Positions 42,286 through 56,965 are shown, numbered from the stretch's first letter. The stretch is DNA of 64,000 nt from the human T2T-CHM13v2.0 reference genome, Homo sapiens (GCF_009914755.1 NC_060930.1); one strand, 5' to 3'. Translations and numbers: made by a program. The notes: generated by a model from the sequence alone, not told the origin.

Positions 42286-42728
42286 ATGTTGATTCTTGAA
42301 CAACAGTTTAAACTGCCAGGGTCCCTTTATGTATGGAGTTTCCTCTGCCTCTGTCACCCTTGAGACAGCAAGACCAATGCCTCCTTTTTCTCCTCCTCCT
42401 CAGCCACTCAATGTGAAGATGATAAGGATGAAGAACTTCATGGTGATCCTTTTCTACTTAATGAATATTAAATATATTTTCTCTCCCTTAAGATTTTTAA
42501 AATAACATTTTCTTTCTCTAGCTTACTTTATTGTAAGAATAGAGTACATAATACATATAACGTAGGAAATATGTATTAACTGATGGTTTATGTTATTGGT
42601 AAGGCTTCTGGTCAACAGTAGGCTATTAGTAATTACATTTTGGGGGATTCAAAAGTTATACACAGATTTTCAACTTCGCAGGGTTGAAACCCTAACACCT
42701 AACCCCCACGTTGTTCAATGGTCAACTG
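42286..42728 (+). mobile_element. Tigger2a/MER28 DNA transposon
   Basis: Inverted termini gttgattcttgaacaac and gttgttcaatggtcaactg; internal gagacagcaagaccaa...tggtcaacagtaggctattagt. Confidence 0.85.
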
Positions 42729-43091
42729 TACTTTAGAATCCGTCAATATTTCCTTCTTTCCAACTTTCCAAGTCAGAGGCATGAAATTCCCATTTCATAC
42801 TCTATAATTTAGGTATTAATCTTTGACTCATCCTTGACATTCTGCGTACACCTACACAAAGTCTTTCAGTCTTGCAAAATACCACTGTTTCAGGGTTTAG
42901 CAAATGTAGGCCTACAGATCTTTCCCGCTAGGAGAAAAGTACCTCTTCCGACTTCTTGCTCTTTCCTGCTCCCTCAAACTACTTTAACATAAGACAAGTT
43001 TTTATCCTAGTGCTGTCTCTACTAACTTTTAAAAATTGTTGTTATAAGTGTTTTAAGTTAATTGATTGAAACTCTTGCAAGAGCTTACTAA

Positions 43092-43404
<313 letters not shown>

Positions 43405-43624
43405 TCGAATGTTTCTTAAAGAATATGCCATCATTCATTCATCAGTGAGACCTTCAGACATTGCCCTCACACCATCCTGCTGCACAGCAGCTGAGGCTCC
43501 AATTATGAATACACTCCTAGCATTATGCTCTCATTATATTAAAAAATTCTATTATATTTAAATTGAATTTAGATTTCTGCTTCCCTTTAGGACTTCTTAG
43601 TACAATGAATCTTTTTCCCTAGCT

Positions 43625-44480
43625 ACACAATAGAATCCATCTGGGGGAGCTTTTAAAATACTAATGCTTGTTCCTCACCCCTGAACAAATAAATCAGAAT
43701 CTCTAGGGGGAAAGTCGGAGCTTCAATATATCGTTAAAGGTCTGAAGGTGCTTGGAAGGTGCAGCAAGGGTTTAAACTAGTGTTTTAGCAATTTAGAGGG
43801 TACTTAAGTTGAGTCTAGCCAGGTCTGCCCAATTATCTTCAGGGCAATACAAAGGCAAGACTTTGGTCAAGTCTAACATATAATGCAGGATTTTAAACTT
43901 TGTTTAAATCTTAGACCAGTCAGGCAACATAGCCAGATCTCATCTTTACAAAGACTGTTTCTAAAAAATTAGCTGAAAATAGTAGTACACGACTGTAGTC
44001 CCAGCTCCTCAGGAGAGTGAGGCAGGAGGACCGCTTGAGCCCATGAGTTTGAGGCTACTGTGAGCCATGATTGCACCATTGCACTCCAGCCTGGGCAACA
44101 GAGAAAGACCCCCTCCCTAAAAATTTTTTTTAATAGAAAACAATTACAAAATTTTTAAAAATTTCATTAAAATGCAGATTCAGATTCAGTAGGTCTGGGT
44201 GGTGCCTGGGATTCTGCATGTCTAACAAGCTGCAGGTGAATGACACAAATTATGCTGTGTGGATCACTTTGACTACCAAGGATATAATGCATTCGAATAT
44301 TCCACTTACTGGTTCTTAACTCCTTCTGTATTCTGAGATCCTAAAAAATAACGATGACTGGGCCTAACCCCTGTGCAAATTTAACCGGACTGATTAGTCA
44401 GAATCAGAATCTCTGGGGCAGGGCATAGGCTCAAGAAGCTCCTCAGCTAAGTCCAAAGGACAACAAGTGACTGAAACCAG
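43625..44480. mobile_element. Cluster of MER5-type MITE fragments with a 5'-truncated AluJ (about 43913-44123)
   Basis: aatcagaatctctagggg; gattcagtaggtctggg...attctgcatgtctaacaagc; Alu right arm. Confidence 0.65.
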
Positions 44481-47400
44481 AATGTTCTAGCCTACCTTAT
44501 GTAACCTATCTTGGGTAAACGAATTGCATTTGCTGCTATAAAATACCTAATTGCTAGAATTTGGAGGCTTAGACTGTGGCATAGAGGCTAATTGGGTGAG
44601 TTCCCCTAAGGTTTCATTTCAGATCAAAAGGTGGGAGAAATTCAGGAAGAAGACATTGAAGAATGCTTCATTGACTACTGGCATTAAAAAAATAATCATC
44701 ATCTAAGTATTTTTACACGGTAGGATAACCCTAGCTACTAATGTAGTCATACCCAAACCAGAACCCTGTCAAGAGATTCTGAATTTGGTAGGCAGAGACT
44801 GACCACTCTGATTTGTCTCTGGCTCCTCTGATCATCTGTGAATCCTCAATTGCCCAATCCAATAAAGAATTCTTAGATATGTGACATCTTCCATTCTCCT
44901 CTTTGATTCTTCCTTGGTTTCCAGAGCAACGAACCTCTTTCTCCTTGTTCCTCTCAATTTATGTCAAAGCCTTCTCTTTCCTCCTTCGATGTTTTCTTCC
45001 TTCAAGGGTCCATCTGTAAACGATTAAAGAAGAGATCAAGAGATCACATTCATTCTCAGTGCTTCGACTTCCAAACATGCTGATTGAGAATCCATATCTT
45101 TAGGTGTGACCTCTCCCTTTACACCCAAATTTCCTACTGTCTTTAAAACATCTACTCTAGAATGTTTCTGAGGGACTTGAAATTAAAAGTGATTCAAATT
45201 GGATTTCACCTTCTTAAGTCAAATCCTCCTCATGTTATGCCTGGACTCTGTCAGTTGCTTCTTAACAAGATTACCTGCCTCAGTCTTGACTCTAGAGAAG
45301 GAAGCCGGACTATATCCTTCACAGCGTGATTCCTGCTTACCTTTTTATCCTCTTCTGCCAATACCTGAACCTCTCCTGTACAAGAATCTGTCCAACTTCT
45401 TATTCCTCCTGAGATAAGCTGGACTCTCCCTAGCTTCCACAACTTTACTCAGGATGCCCCATCTGTCAAAGATTCTCTTCCCCACTTTATCTTCCTGTTA
45501 AACTCAGTTCCTCAAAATTTAAGTCAAACACTCTCTAAAGTCCAAGATGAGTGGGTTAAATTCCCTCCTCCACGCCTCTGTTAAAAACAGCACGTTAAAC
45601 TGAATTGCAATTATTTGTCTTACAAATCTCTCCTTCCACAAAACTAAACCCCCCCCATCCCCTAGAAGAGGAACTCTATTATTTCTTTTTTTGTTTTGAC
45701 TGTTAGCATCACTAAAGGAAGTGCAGAATGAATGGCTTGCACTAAATGAATCCTAATGTTGCCATCTTTGACTCTCTATAAGAATTCAGCTTGCTCAATA
45801 AACATTTATTTGTTTAAGCTCAAATTGATTGCTTAGCTGCCCTAGAGAGCAACAGAATTAAGAGATGTCGATTTAGCAAATAGAAAAAACAAATAGTCAT
45901 GTATTAGGATGAATTCAAATGTATAAATGATAGTTTTTATTAAGCAATGTGATAGCTGTTTCTGTATCCTTCATTCCACAGTTTAGCCCTAGGGGGAAAA
46001 AAAAAGCAGCGTGTTCACCATTATAAAACCAACTCGAGATTTGTCCAGAAAAGGTGTGGCAGTTTCAGGCGTATTTTTATTGTACCATGTTTTACATGGC
46101 TTTGCAGCCATTGAAGTTTGAACAATGCCAAATTTCCAAGCTAAATGCTATAAGTGGAAATTGGAGGCTACAGTTAAGTGAACAGAAATAGAACTGACAA
46201 CCTAAATGCGTCAACATCCATGGAAAGTGACATCAGAAGTTTTGGTGTGCTATTACTTTTTTTTTTTTTTAAGGTGAGTGGGTGTTTTAAAACTTTTAAA
46301 TGTTTAGAAAGTGGTTCAGCTTGGTTTTTTTTTTTAATATAATGTTTTTAACATGAAAGAAGTTCTCTATAAGGATTAAAAGCCATGTGAGTGCCAATGA
46401 ATTTAAAATGTGTTTATGGCTAAAAACAGGGATATCAAGAAAGATGGTAGCTATCTCCCAAAAGATCTTATAATTTGGGGATTATGATAATAATCCCAAG
46501 TATATAGAAGAGGCCCCTGGAGTGTTGATCTCTTCATGACTATCAACAAAATGGACTGCCAGGGAACTGCATCACTGCTCGGTTCTGCATAAATCATTTG
46601 ATGACAGTCTCCTTGCTGATATCCAAAAATTTTCCAAATGGATTTGTTAAGAGGACAGAAGAACAGATCGATTTAAAGTTTTTGAGCACAAAAGCTGAAA
46701 ACATTCCCAGGCAATTATTCTCTATCATTCCACATACAGTTGTTGGTGTTATTACCTTCAGAATGAATTTGTGAGTCCAGAAAAGAACATGTAGATTATT
46801 CTATTAAAATATTGCACTATTACTGGTGGATAGCAGTTAGTAAAATGTCTGCTGAAGCAAAGTTAGTTTTTCCACTTTCCCTGCCTCTACGCACACACCT
46901 GTCTTATAGAACACTCACGCTTATCAGATTTGGAGTCTGTTTTCTTCAGTAGACTGAGTTCTTTGAATGTAATCATTTTATTTTTAATCATATTTTAACG
47001 TTTAGCACCTCACCAGTGCCTGACTCTTTTGTAAGCCAGAAGTGGTTTAATACCAGCGATTTCATATTGTTTAATCTAATAACTGTTCAATATTTAATAA
47101 ACAATGCTCAATTACTTCATTCCATTGATCAGAATTGAACTTTTCAAGAAAAAAGTCAGCATTTATTCCACAAATTTCATGTTTTATGATGTTTATGAAT
47201 CGATAGCAAATGTCAGTTAGTCAATTAATCAAATCTAGCCAGCTTGATACTATAGCGATTGGTCCAGTTTTTATGGCATAAACAATTCAGTTCTCATAGA
47301 TACCAAATAAGAACTCTGTGCTTCATTTTTTCTGATAAATAAATTAAATTTTTATATCTCTTTTGATTATGAAAATATTTATTCTAAGAACAGTTTTTCA

Positions 47401-48236
47401 TTGTGTGTTCATGTTTGTATGTTATATATATACATAGCTTTTGGCTTTTCTCAATATTTCTTAAAGACAAACAAGAAACTAAAATGGAAAAACATGTCAT
47501 TCTGCCGATTTCTAACAGATATGGGATTTTCTTCCATGTTTAAGTGAGCTTTGGAGAAGATGCCTCCTTCTGAAGACAACTTCAGAGAAGTTCAGACCAG
47601 CCTGTAAGCTAAAGGATACTGGAGTCAAAATCAAACTGGATAGAGATATATTTTTTAATTGTGTTGCTCAAGTGATCATATGAGAAATTCTTACTACCAT
47701 TCAACAACTTGTTTCAACAATTGCTCATTCGGTGACACAAAATAACCCTATAACCATTCCAAAGACCCATTTTCCCTTTTTGATGTATGCTTCTATCTCA
47801 TTTCAATAAAATTTGGCTTTGAAACCACTATATTTTAATCTAAAATCTCAAAAATGTACTTTCCTTGTTATATTTCCCTCTCTCTGAGAAATACCTTATT
47901 TGAGTTTGCTTAGTGCTAAGCCACTCGTGGGTGTGCTATTTGACTTCCACTACTACACTAAGGCCAGTTTACTTCTAGCATCAGTGGTCAAGATGGCTTG
48001 ATGCTATGAAAAATAATAATTATAGCAACAATTGTTTCATGTCTAATGCAGAAGCTTCACAATAATTTGTACATGTTTTAAAATAAGAAATATATGGTAT
48101 AACTACTTTCTGAATGGAGAAAATACTTGTAGGCTGAATTAAATCTTCAAAAATCACCTTTCCAATTTCTCATAACATTAACTAAAAGAAATAAAATAGA
48201 AAAATGGACATTAAGGTCAATTATGGGGCAGTCCCA

Positions 48237-50582
48237 GTCAAGCAATCAGGCAAAAGAAAGAAATCAAAGGCATCCAAATAGGAAAAGAAGAAGTCTATTT
48301 TTCTTTGTAGACAATATGATTCTATATATAGAGGATTCTAAAGACTCTGCCAAAAGGCTCCTGGAATTGATAAATGACTTCAGTGAAGTTTCAGGATACA
48401 ATATCAAAGTATCTTTTTCTATACACTAACAATATTCAAGCTGAGAGTCAAATCAATAATGCAATCCCATTTACAATAACTGCAAAAAAATAAAATAAAA
48501 TAAATACTTGGGAATACATTTAACCAAGGCAGTAAAAGATCTCTATAAGGAGAACAACAAAACACTGCTGAGAGAAATCATAGATGACACAAATGGAAAA
48601 ATATTTCATACACATAGATTAAAAGAATCAATATCATTAAAATGGCCATACTGCCCAAAGCAATTTACAGTTTCAATGCTATTCCTATCAAACTACCAAT
48701 GTCATTTTTCACAGAACTAAAAAAGCTATTCTAAAATTCACAGGGAATCAAAAAGAAGCCCAAATAGCCAAAGCAATCATAAGCAAAAAGCACAAAGCTG
48801 GAGACATCAAATTACCAGACTTAAAACTATACTAAAAGCCTGTAATAACCAAAAGAGCATGGTACCAGTATAAAAACAGACACACAGACCAATGAAACAG
48901 AATAGAGAACCCAGAAATAAACCCACACATCTACAGTCATCTTATCTTAGACAAAGTTGACAAAAATAAGCAATGGAGAAAGTACTCCATATTCAATAAA
49001 TGGTGCTGTAATAGATGGCTAGTCATATGCAGAAGAAAGAAACTGGACCCCTACCGTTCACCATATACAAAAATTAACTCAAGATGGGTTAAAGATTTAA
49101 ATGTAAGACTTCAAACTATAAGAATCTTTGAGGAAAACCTAGGAAATACCATTCTGAATATCAGCCTTGGGAAATAATTTATGACTAAGTCCTCAAAAGC
49201 AATTGCAACAAAAATAAAAATTGACAGATTGGAACTAATTAAACTAAAGAGCTTCTGCACAGCAAAAGAAACTATCCCCCATCTCTACAAAAGATAAAAA
49301 AAAAAAATTAGCTGGGTATGGTGGTGTGTCTGTAGTCCCAGCTACTTGGGAAGCTGAGGCAGGAGGATTGCTTGATCCCAGGAGGGTCCAGGCTGCAGTG
49401 GGCCATGTTTGCACCACTGCATTCCAGCCTGGGTGACACAGAGTGAGATCCTGTTGAAAGAAAGAAAGGAGGAAAAAGAAAGAAAGAGAAAGGAAGGAAG
49501 GAAGGAAGGAAGGAAGGAAGAGGGAGGGAGGGAGGAAGGAAAGGAAAGGAAAGGAGGAGAAAAGGGAGGGAGGGAGGAAGGCAAGAAAAGGAAGGAAGGA
49601 AGGAGGGAAGGAGGGAAGGAAGGAGTAAATAAACAATCAACAGAGAAACAGAATAAACAGACAACCTATAGAATGAGAGAAAACATTTGCAAACTATGCC
49701 TCCAACTAAGGTCTAATATCCAGAATCTATAAGAAACTTAAAAACTGAAGCAACGAAAAACAAATAGCCCCATTAAAAAATAGTCAAAAGACATTAATAG
49801 ACACTTCTCAAATGAAGACATACAAGCAGTCAACAAACATGAAAAAATGTTCAACATCGCTAATCATCAGAGAAATGCAAATCAAAATCACAATGAGATA
49901 CCATCTCACACCAGTCAGAATAGCTACTATTAAAAGTCAAAAAACAACAGATACTATTAAGGCTGCAGAGAACAGGGAACGCTTATACACCATTGATGGG
50001 AATGTAAATTAATTTAGCCACTGTGGAATGCAGTTTGGAGATTTCTCAAAGAACTTAGAACTATTATTTGATCCAGCAATCCCATTACTGAGTATTTATC
50101 CAAAAGAAATTGTTCCACCAAAAAGATACATGCACTCGTATATTCATTGGAGCACTATTCACAATAGCAAAGACATGGAACCAACATAGGTGACCATCAA
50201 TGGTGGACTGGATAAAGAAAATGTGGTATATGGAATACTACATGGAATACTACACAGCCATGAACTGTGGCTGCATCCAACATGGATGCTGCTGGAGGCC
50301 ATTATCCTAAGCCAGTTAACACGGGAACAAAACCAAATATGACATGTTCTTACGTATCAGTGAGAGCTAAACATTGAGAACATATAGACAACAAGATGGC
50401 AACAATAGACACTGGGGACAAATGGGTGGAGGAGGCTGAAAAACTAACTATTGGGTACTATGCTTAGTACCTGGGTGACAGGGTCAATCATACCCCAAAC
50501 CTCAACATCATACAATATATCCTTGTAACAAACCTGCACATGTACCTCCTGAATCTAAAATAAAAGCTGAAATAATAAAAGA
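48237..50582 (+). mobile_element. L1PA16/17-like ORF2 3' part and 3' UTR, decayed
   Basis: ORF2 remnants (FVDNMILYIEDSKDSAKRLLELINDFSEVSGYNI; [26 protein letters not shown]); ends aatctaaaataaaagctgaaa. Confidence 0.92.
49276..49625 (+). mobile_element. 5'-truncated AluJ with (GGAA/GAAA)n tail inserted in the L1
   Basis: Alu linker and right arm, then purine microsatellite 49456-49625; flanks AAACTATC/AAACAATC. Confidence 0.88.
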
Positions 50583-50619
50583 GAAAACATCCATTATGGT
50601 ATTACAGTTTCCTTCAATT

Positions 50620-51570
50620 CTTAAAAATAGCTCTTCTGGAAGCATAACAGACTTACAACAAATGCTATATATTTAAAGTGTGTAATATGGTTAATTCACT
50701 CTTGAACTACATACACTGTTGAGACCATCACCACAATCAAGATCATGAACACACCCATTATCCCCCAAAATTTCCTTATGCCCTTTATAATCTCATCTCC
50801 CCTGTTCTACCCAACTTCATTCTCAGGCAGCCACTAATCTGTCAGTATGTATTAGTTTGCATTTTCTACAGTTTTATATACACTGAATCACACAGTATGT
50901 ACTCCTTTTTTTTGTCTGGCTTCTTTCAATCAGCAAAATGTTTCTGAGATTCACCTGTGTTGTTGCAGGTATCAGTGGTCCATTCCCTATTATTGCTGAG
51001 TAGTATCTCATTGTATGAATACACCACAGTTATTTTATCCATTCACCTGTTGAGGGACATTTGGCTTATTTCCAGTTAGGGACTGTTAAAAATAAAGCTG
51101 CTATGAACAATCTTTTTACAAGACATATGCCTTCATTTCTCTTAGGCAACCTCTAGGAGTTGAGTGGCTGGATCATATGGTAGGTGAACGTTTATTCAAG
51201 AAGCTGTCAAAATGTTTCCAACATACTTGTAATAATTTTATTTTCCACAAGCAATGTAAGAATTCCAGTTGCTCTACATCCTTGCCAGCACCCAGTATGG
51301 TCACCCTTTTTTGCCTTAGACATTCTAATACATTTTAATTTGCACTTCCCTAATGAGTGATGATGTTGGACATCTTTTTATGTGCTTATTTGTCATCACA
51401 TGTCTCCTTTGGCAATGTGTCTATTCAAATGTCTTGCCCATATTTTTATTGCATTTTTGTATTCTTATTTGTAAGGCTTGAGAGTTTTTCTTACCAGATA
51501 CAATCCCTTTCTCAAATATATGATTTGCAAACATTTTCTCCTAGTATGTGGCTTGTCTTTTCACTCTCTC
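50620..51570 (-). mobile_element. Old L1 (L1ME/MD-like) 3' fragment
   Basis: accatcaccacaatcaagat...attgctgagtagtat...ttatccattcacctgttg...ttttaatttgcacttccctaatga. Confidence 0.8.
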
Positions 51571-51734
51571 AACAGCATGCTTGTGATCTTGACTCTATAA
51601 CAAGCTCAAATCAAAGTGCTTTGGCCTTTGTGTCAGACACCCATTGGCCTACCCAGTGTGCAAGCAGGGCCATTCAAAGAGCAATGCTCCTTCAAGAATC
51701 ACAAAGAACTTCATATCCATTTGGATTTTTTTTT

Positions 51735-52050
51735 TTAAAAAAGAGAAAATAACAAGTGTTGGCAAAGATGTAGAAAAACTGGAACACTTCTGCACTCTTG
51801 GTGGAGATGTAAAATGGTGCAGCCTCTGTGGAAAACAGTATGACAGTTTTTCAAAAAATTAAAAGCACAATTGCCATATGGTTCAGCAATTCCACTTCTG
51901 GACTACGCAAAAGAATGGAAAGCAGAGTCTCAAAGAGATATTTGCACACTCATGTGTAGTACTTAATACCATTGATCCATACACTAAAAAATGGTTAAGA
52001 TGGTAAGTTTTGTATTATGTGTGTTTTACCACAATAAAATTTCTGTAATA
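51735..52050 (+). mobile_element. L1M fragment
   Basis: aacaagtgttggcaaagatgtagaaaaactggaac...ggagatgtaaaatggtgcagcc...aaaatggttaagatggtaagtttt. Confidence 0.8.
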
Positions 52051-52764
52051 AAAAAGTAAAAAAGAATCACGAAGAAGAATCACCAAGAAGGCATCACCAG
52101 TTGTCCTGGTCTTTAAGGTAAGTGTGGGCACAGAGCAGCCAGCAGGATAAACACTCTGAATGAGACACAATGTGAAGATGGTGCTGTCACAGTAGGCTTG
52201 ACTCCAAAACATCTGGGCTTCAGCTTTTGTTCTGGCACTTACTAGCTCCAACTAGTCCATTAGGTTCTCTAGACTTTCTGTCCCCTTCTGTAGAATGAAG
52301 CAGAATTGAGTAAAATGGAGAATCCCTCCCTTGATTTTCATGTGAGGCTGTCTTGAGAATCCAATGATCATTTTTAAATTGAAAAGTACAATGTCAAGTT
52401 GGGGGGCAGGTGGGGAAGGCTACATAAAGGGTTTTATACCAGGAGATGCTATTGTTAATAAACAAGCGAGGTTTATGGTGGACATTCTAAAGAAGACCTG
52501 GTTTCTTCTCCCTCACAGCTAATTGGCCACACAAGGAAGTCTGTCTTAAATCCACTTCAGCCCAACATCTAATAATCTATTGTGTGACTATAGGCAAGTT
52601 ACCTAATCTCTATGAGTTTAGGTTTTCTCACCTGTTTGATGGGAAAAAATGATCAGTAATAACATCACCAGGGATATGGGCAAAGTAAGTCAGGGTGCTT
52701 GAAACAGTTGACCTCAGTGCCAACAAATTTAGAGAAACACAGCCTCTGTAAGAACTCTCTGTCA

Positions 52765-52922
52765 GTAGTTTTCACATTTTAATGTGCCCATGAATTTCCT
52801 GAAGATCTTATTAAAATGCAGATTCTGAAACAGGAGGTCTGGACTAGGGCTCAAGCTTCTGCAGGTCCCAAGCTCCCGTGTCCCAGTGATGATGCCCCTG
52901 TAGGGACACATTTTGAGCAGCA
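52765..52922. mobile_element. MER5-type MITE
   Basis: cagtagttttcacatttt...cttattaaaatgcagattctga...cacattttgagcagca. Confidence 0.7.
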
Positions 52923-55187
52923 AGACCCCGTACCGTGGGTCTCACTGTACAGTCTGCTTGTACATATCTTAGTCTCATTTTATAAAAAGAAAGAAATAGA
53001 AAGCTTTAATCAGGTCTCAATTCTATTAACTTCAGTTCTAAACTTTTTGAGCAATAGATACCTTAGACTTGGACTTACTTTAAACTTAAAAGAGTTTAAC
53101 ATCACTGTCATACAAATGATGGGAGAAAAGCCCAGAGCTGGGAAGCACTGTGCCTAAAGTCACAGAGCAACAGACCTCTCAGTCCTTACACTTGCCACAA
53201 ATACAATGATTGAGGACAGTCTTCACCCAATTTCCTCTCAAACATACACTGTCATTGAGGAAGCCCAGGGACAGAAAGACAGGGATTGGAGTCCAAAGAG
53301 AAGCCAATGGAGGTATGATGCTTCTCTGTGATTCAGAATGTTCCTCTGAACCTCTCCAAAGAACCAGAAGCAAACGACCAGTCCATCCACATTGGAATCT
53401 ATGCAAGACTTTATGTAAAGCATCCCTGGCCATCTCCACCCTGAAAATTATTTTCTTTCTTGTAAATTTCAAAATCACTTAGCCAGAATTCAGACTCTGC
53501 TTCTCCTTGATTTTGGGGTCTTTGAATCTCAGGCTTCAGCTTCTGACTAAAAAAAGGAGCCCTCTAGGAGAGCATAAAGCCACTGGAGTCCTCCTTGAAA
53601 TGTAGGCAGTAATGGTGGCAGCCAACCCCCACCACCCCATGAGGCAGTGGCTCAGGGAGGGTATTTCTCTATAAGCATGAGTAACCACTCCAGCTTCCTG
53701 GGAATGTGTGATAAATGTTCCCATGGCTGTGCTGCAGCACAGTGGGTGCTGTTGGCTCTGTCTCACCACATATGTTATCTTCATGGTAGCTGCTCCCAAA
53801 AAGGGTTGTAACTCAAGGGAATCTCTTCACAGATTTGTGTCTGGCTTTAAAACAAGGAGCTCTCAAACATGTCAAATGAGGGAAGCAGACGGTGTCTCTA
53901 TTTTGGGGTGCTTTTTCCCTTTGGGTTTGTAAAGGTTTCCTCTGGGAGGACTCTTCCCTTTTACATTCATGGGTTTGATGGCTTGCATGTTGCAAGCCAA
54001 TTCTGCATCTGGAAAAGAGCCTTTTTCCAGGTATACAGTTTAGTGAGGTTCAGGTTGATCCAGAGAGAGGGAGGCAGCAGAAGGTGGGGGAGGAACACAG
54101 CACTTAATGGACACAGCATGTTACATTAGTTGAATACTTCTTTGGTTGCCATAGGAATGAGAAGACTTTTGATTTTAAATCATAGTTCCTCCAGAGCTAT
54201 GTTAAAAATGTGATGGTAGAGTCTTGCTGTTTACCACTACCAGCTTTTTTAAATCAAGGGCTCTTTAAAAAAATGCAGCCCAAATGTTTACCCTGCCAGA
54301 GGAGGTTATACTAACCTGAAAAATGTTACTCCCAATGCTCTAAGGGCTAAAGAACATGAACTTCTCCCAAGTACCTTGGGTCCCACAATTCCCAGGCTAG
54401 TGAAATACAATGCAGTTCTATTATTTGTCCTCCCAGGAGAGAGCTGTGAAATATACAAAAGAGCCTGTGACGGATGGTAACTCACTCAAGGCAATTATCA
54501 TCGTAGTACTGTGAAAGCACATTTAAAAATCAATTGGTTTAAAACCAACAGCTCTTGAAACCATTTTTAAAGATTATTCGTTTAAAACATGGTGGTACAT
54601 GTTTCTGTTTTGTTTTTTTTCCATCAGTCAGCCTGCTAATCCTTTTTGTTGCTATTCAAAGTTCAGACATGAGAGTGCCACCCTACAATTTCAGCATTAA
54701 ACACAGTACCAGGTTTGAGTGTCTACTCCTTCCTCCCCTACCACCAACTAAGTACTGTATTCCCATCTAATTTGAAAAGCTAAGGAGAAATTAAACACAT
54801 TAAAGGTTGAACACTACACAAAGGTTCCCAACCAGCATACCAAAATGCCTCTCTCTTGGTCGTTGGTGGCTGAGACCCTGGAGATGACTGCTTCTAGACA
54901 TTTCTGCTCATTTACAGATAGGATAGTTTTCAGTGTATGCTTTCACATGAAAAAAAGTTAAGAGAATCAAAGTTCAGGCTAAACTGTAATCTCCTGAGGA
55001 AGGAATCAAACTAGCTTATTGTATTCCCAGCAACTATTTACAGTGTCTGGCACATATTGAGTGATAAACTATCATCTGCTAATGAAACAATGATGAATAA
55101 ATGTATAATACCTGAACATTTACAGTGGGCAAGATCTGTGGACCAATCCCTGGAAGAATAGAAAACTTCAGTTGTTTTGCTGGTTCG

Positions 55188-55345
55188 TTTTGAGACACGG
55201 TCTTGCTCTGTCGCCCAGGCTAGAGTGCAGTGGCGCGATCACAGCTCACTGCAGCCCCAACCTCCTGGGCTCAATCGATCCTCTCACCTCTCACCTCAGT
55301 CTCCCAAAGTGCTGGGATTATAGCCATGAGCCACTGCACCCTGCC
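55188..55345 (-). mobile_element. Monomeric Alu (FAM/FRAM-like, or AluJ with an arm deleted)
   Basis: Right-arm 3' part joined to a left-arm-like 5' end; near-TSD AAAACTTCAGTTGTT/AGAACATCAGTTGTT. Confidence 0.8.
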
Positions 55346-56890
55346 AGAACATCAGTTGTTGTGCAATTACGCAGTGTATAAAGTGCCCACTCTGTGCCAA
55401 GCATCTACATATATCGTGTCATTTAATTTGGCTGAGGAAAGAGAAGATGAACTCATGAAAATTCTGCTCTAGTTTGTCATTCACTGTTGCAAACTTCGCT
55501 CAGGAAAGCAGGATAGCAAAAAGAATAACAGATGTCCTTTTGGTGAAGATGTCTTGGCATGGGTCCTCAATGCTTTCCTACTTTATATGGCCCACCAGGA
55601 AAAAAAAAATGTGCCTTGAAGCACTCTCTGTGAAGAAAAATAATGATAATATCTAACACTCCTTGGGTGTGTACGAGGAGCCAGGCACCACTCCAGCTGC
55701 TTCACACATATTAACTCATTTAATCTTCATGTATACATACATAGTTAACTACAACATACGTTAGAGATATAGACAAAATACTACCGAATTTCAGAGGACT
55801 AAGAGCTTATTTGCAATTGGAGTGATGGAGGCAATGTCTCAACATATTAGATGGATACAGTTGGAGTGGATGGGAAGGGGTGCTCTATTCCCTCAACTCC
55901 TTGCATACATGTAGGCTGTTCAAAAATTATTGTTAAATACTACCTATGTATTTCCTGTGTTCAGGCTCTGCGTTGTCTCATTTGGCCCTGATTTTTATTC
56001 CTCTGCTAGAGATGGAAACTGAGACCCAAGGAGATTAGCGTGCAAGGTTCTGCTACAGAACTAGGATCCTCTAGATGATATTTTTAACTACTTCACGCAT
56101 TGTCTCCTGAATGATTAGCTAACATTTCTTTGGTGCTCATTATACAGCAATGAGTGTTTTGAGGCTAAATATGACAGATTATTTTTCTTTCATTTACTGA
56201 TAATGTTTATGATATATTAAAATGCAGTGAATACCAACAAGGTTCTCTTTGTTTCAGAAAAGACAAATAAAGGCATTCCTCTTAGGAGAGAGGAGTTGAG
56301 TCTTCCGTTATCTTTAATCCACGAGGAGCAGAGAATTATGATTTGGAAACTTAATTCCTGTGATATGATACCCTTCAATGCCTTCAGGTGACAGATCCTA
56401 AAAGCATTTACCTTTGAACAACAAATTAAACTGGGGACTATGTCATGAATAATAATAATTGTTTGTTATACAAAGATATGCATCAAATGTCTTTGCACAT
56501 ATACATAAGAAAAACATTAAGTGTTAATATTTAAGCATACAGACTTTGCTGTAGAATGTGTCAGTGTATTTTAAAGCTAAAAGGAATGAGTCACCTAAGT
56601 CCATTACTATTTAGATACGACCCACACTGCCTCCCTCCCTGTGAGCTCTCACTGCTATGTTCAGTCCTATTTGTTCAATGTGCTTTGGAGGCTCAAGGGC
56701 CATATCATTAACGTAGGGTCTATTAGACTTGTGGCTCTTAGAGATTATTGTTCTTTCTTTCTTGAATATGTGTTTGGATATTTTCAGGGTTGCTATCTGG
56801 ATTTTTAGGGGGACTAGGAAAAGGCTAGTCCTCCCACTAGGGAACTTGTGACTAATTTGTCAGCCTTCTCCAGGAGAGTTGAAAATAAAT

Positions 56891-56920
56891 CACACACACA
56901 CAGAGAGGGGGAGAGTAAGG

Positions 56921-56957
<37 letters not shown>
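56891..56957. repeat. (CA)n-(GA)n microsatellite
   Basis: Directly visible. Confidence 0.9.

Positions 56958-56965
<8 letters not shown>

Noticed and set aside
49244-49732. Pro/Ser/Phe-rich and Arg/Lys/Glu-rich ORFs (also 21493-21735)
   Set aside because: Translations of (GGAA)n and (CCTT)n Alu tails.
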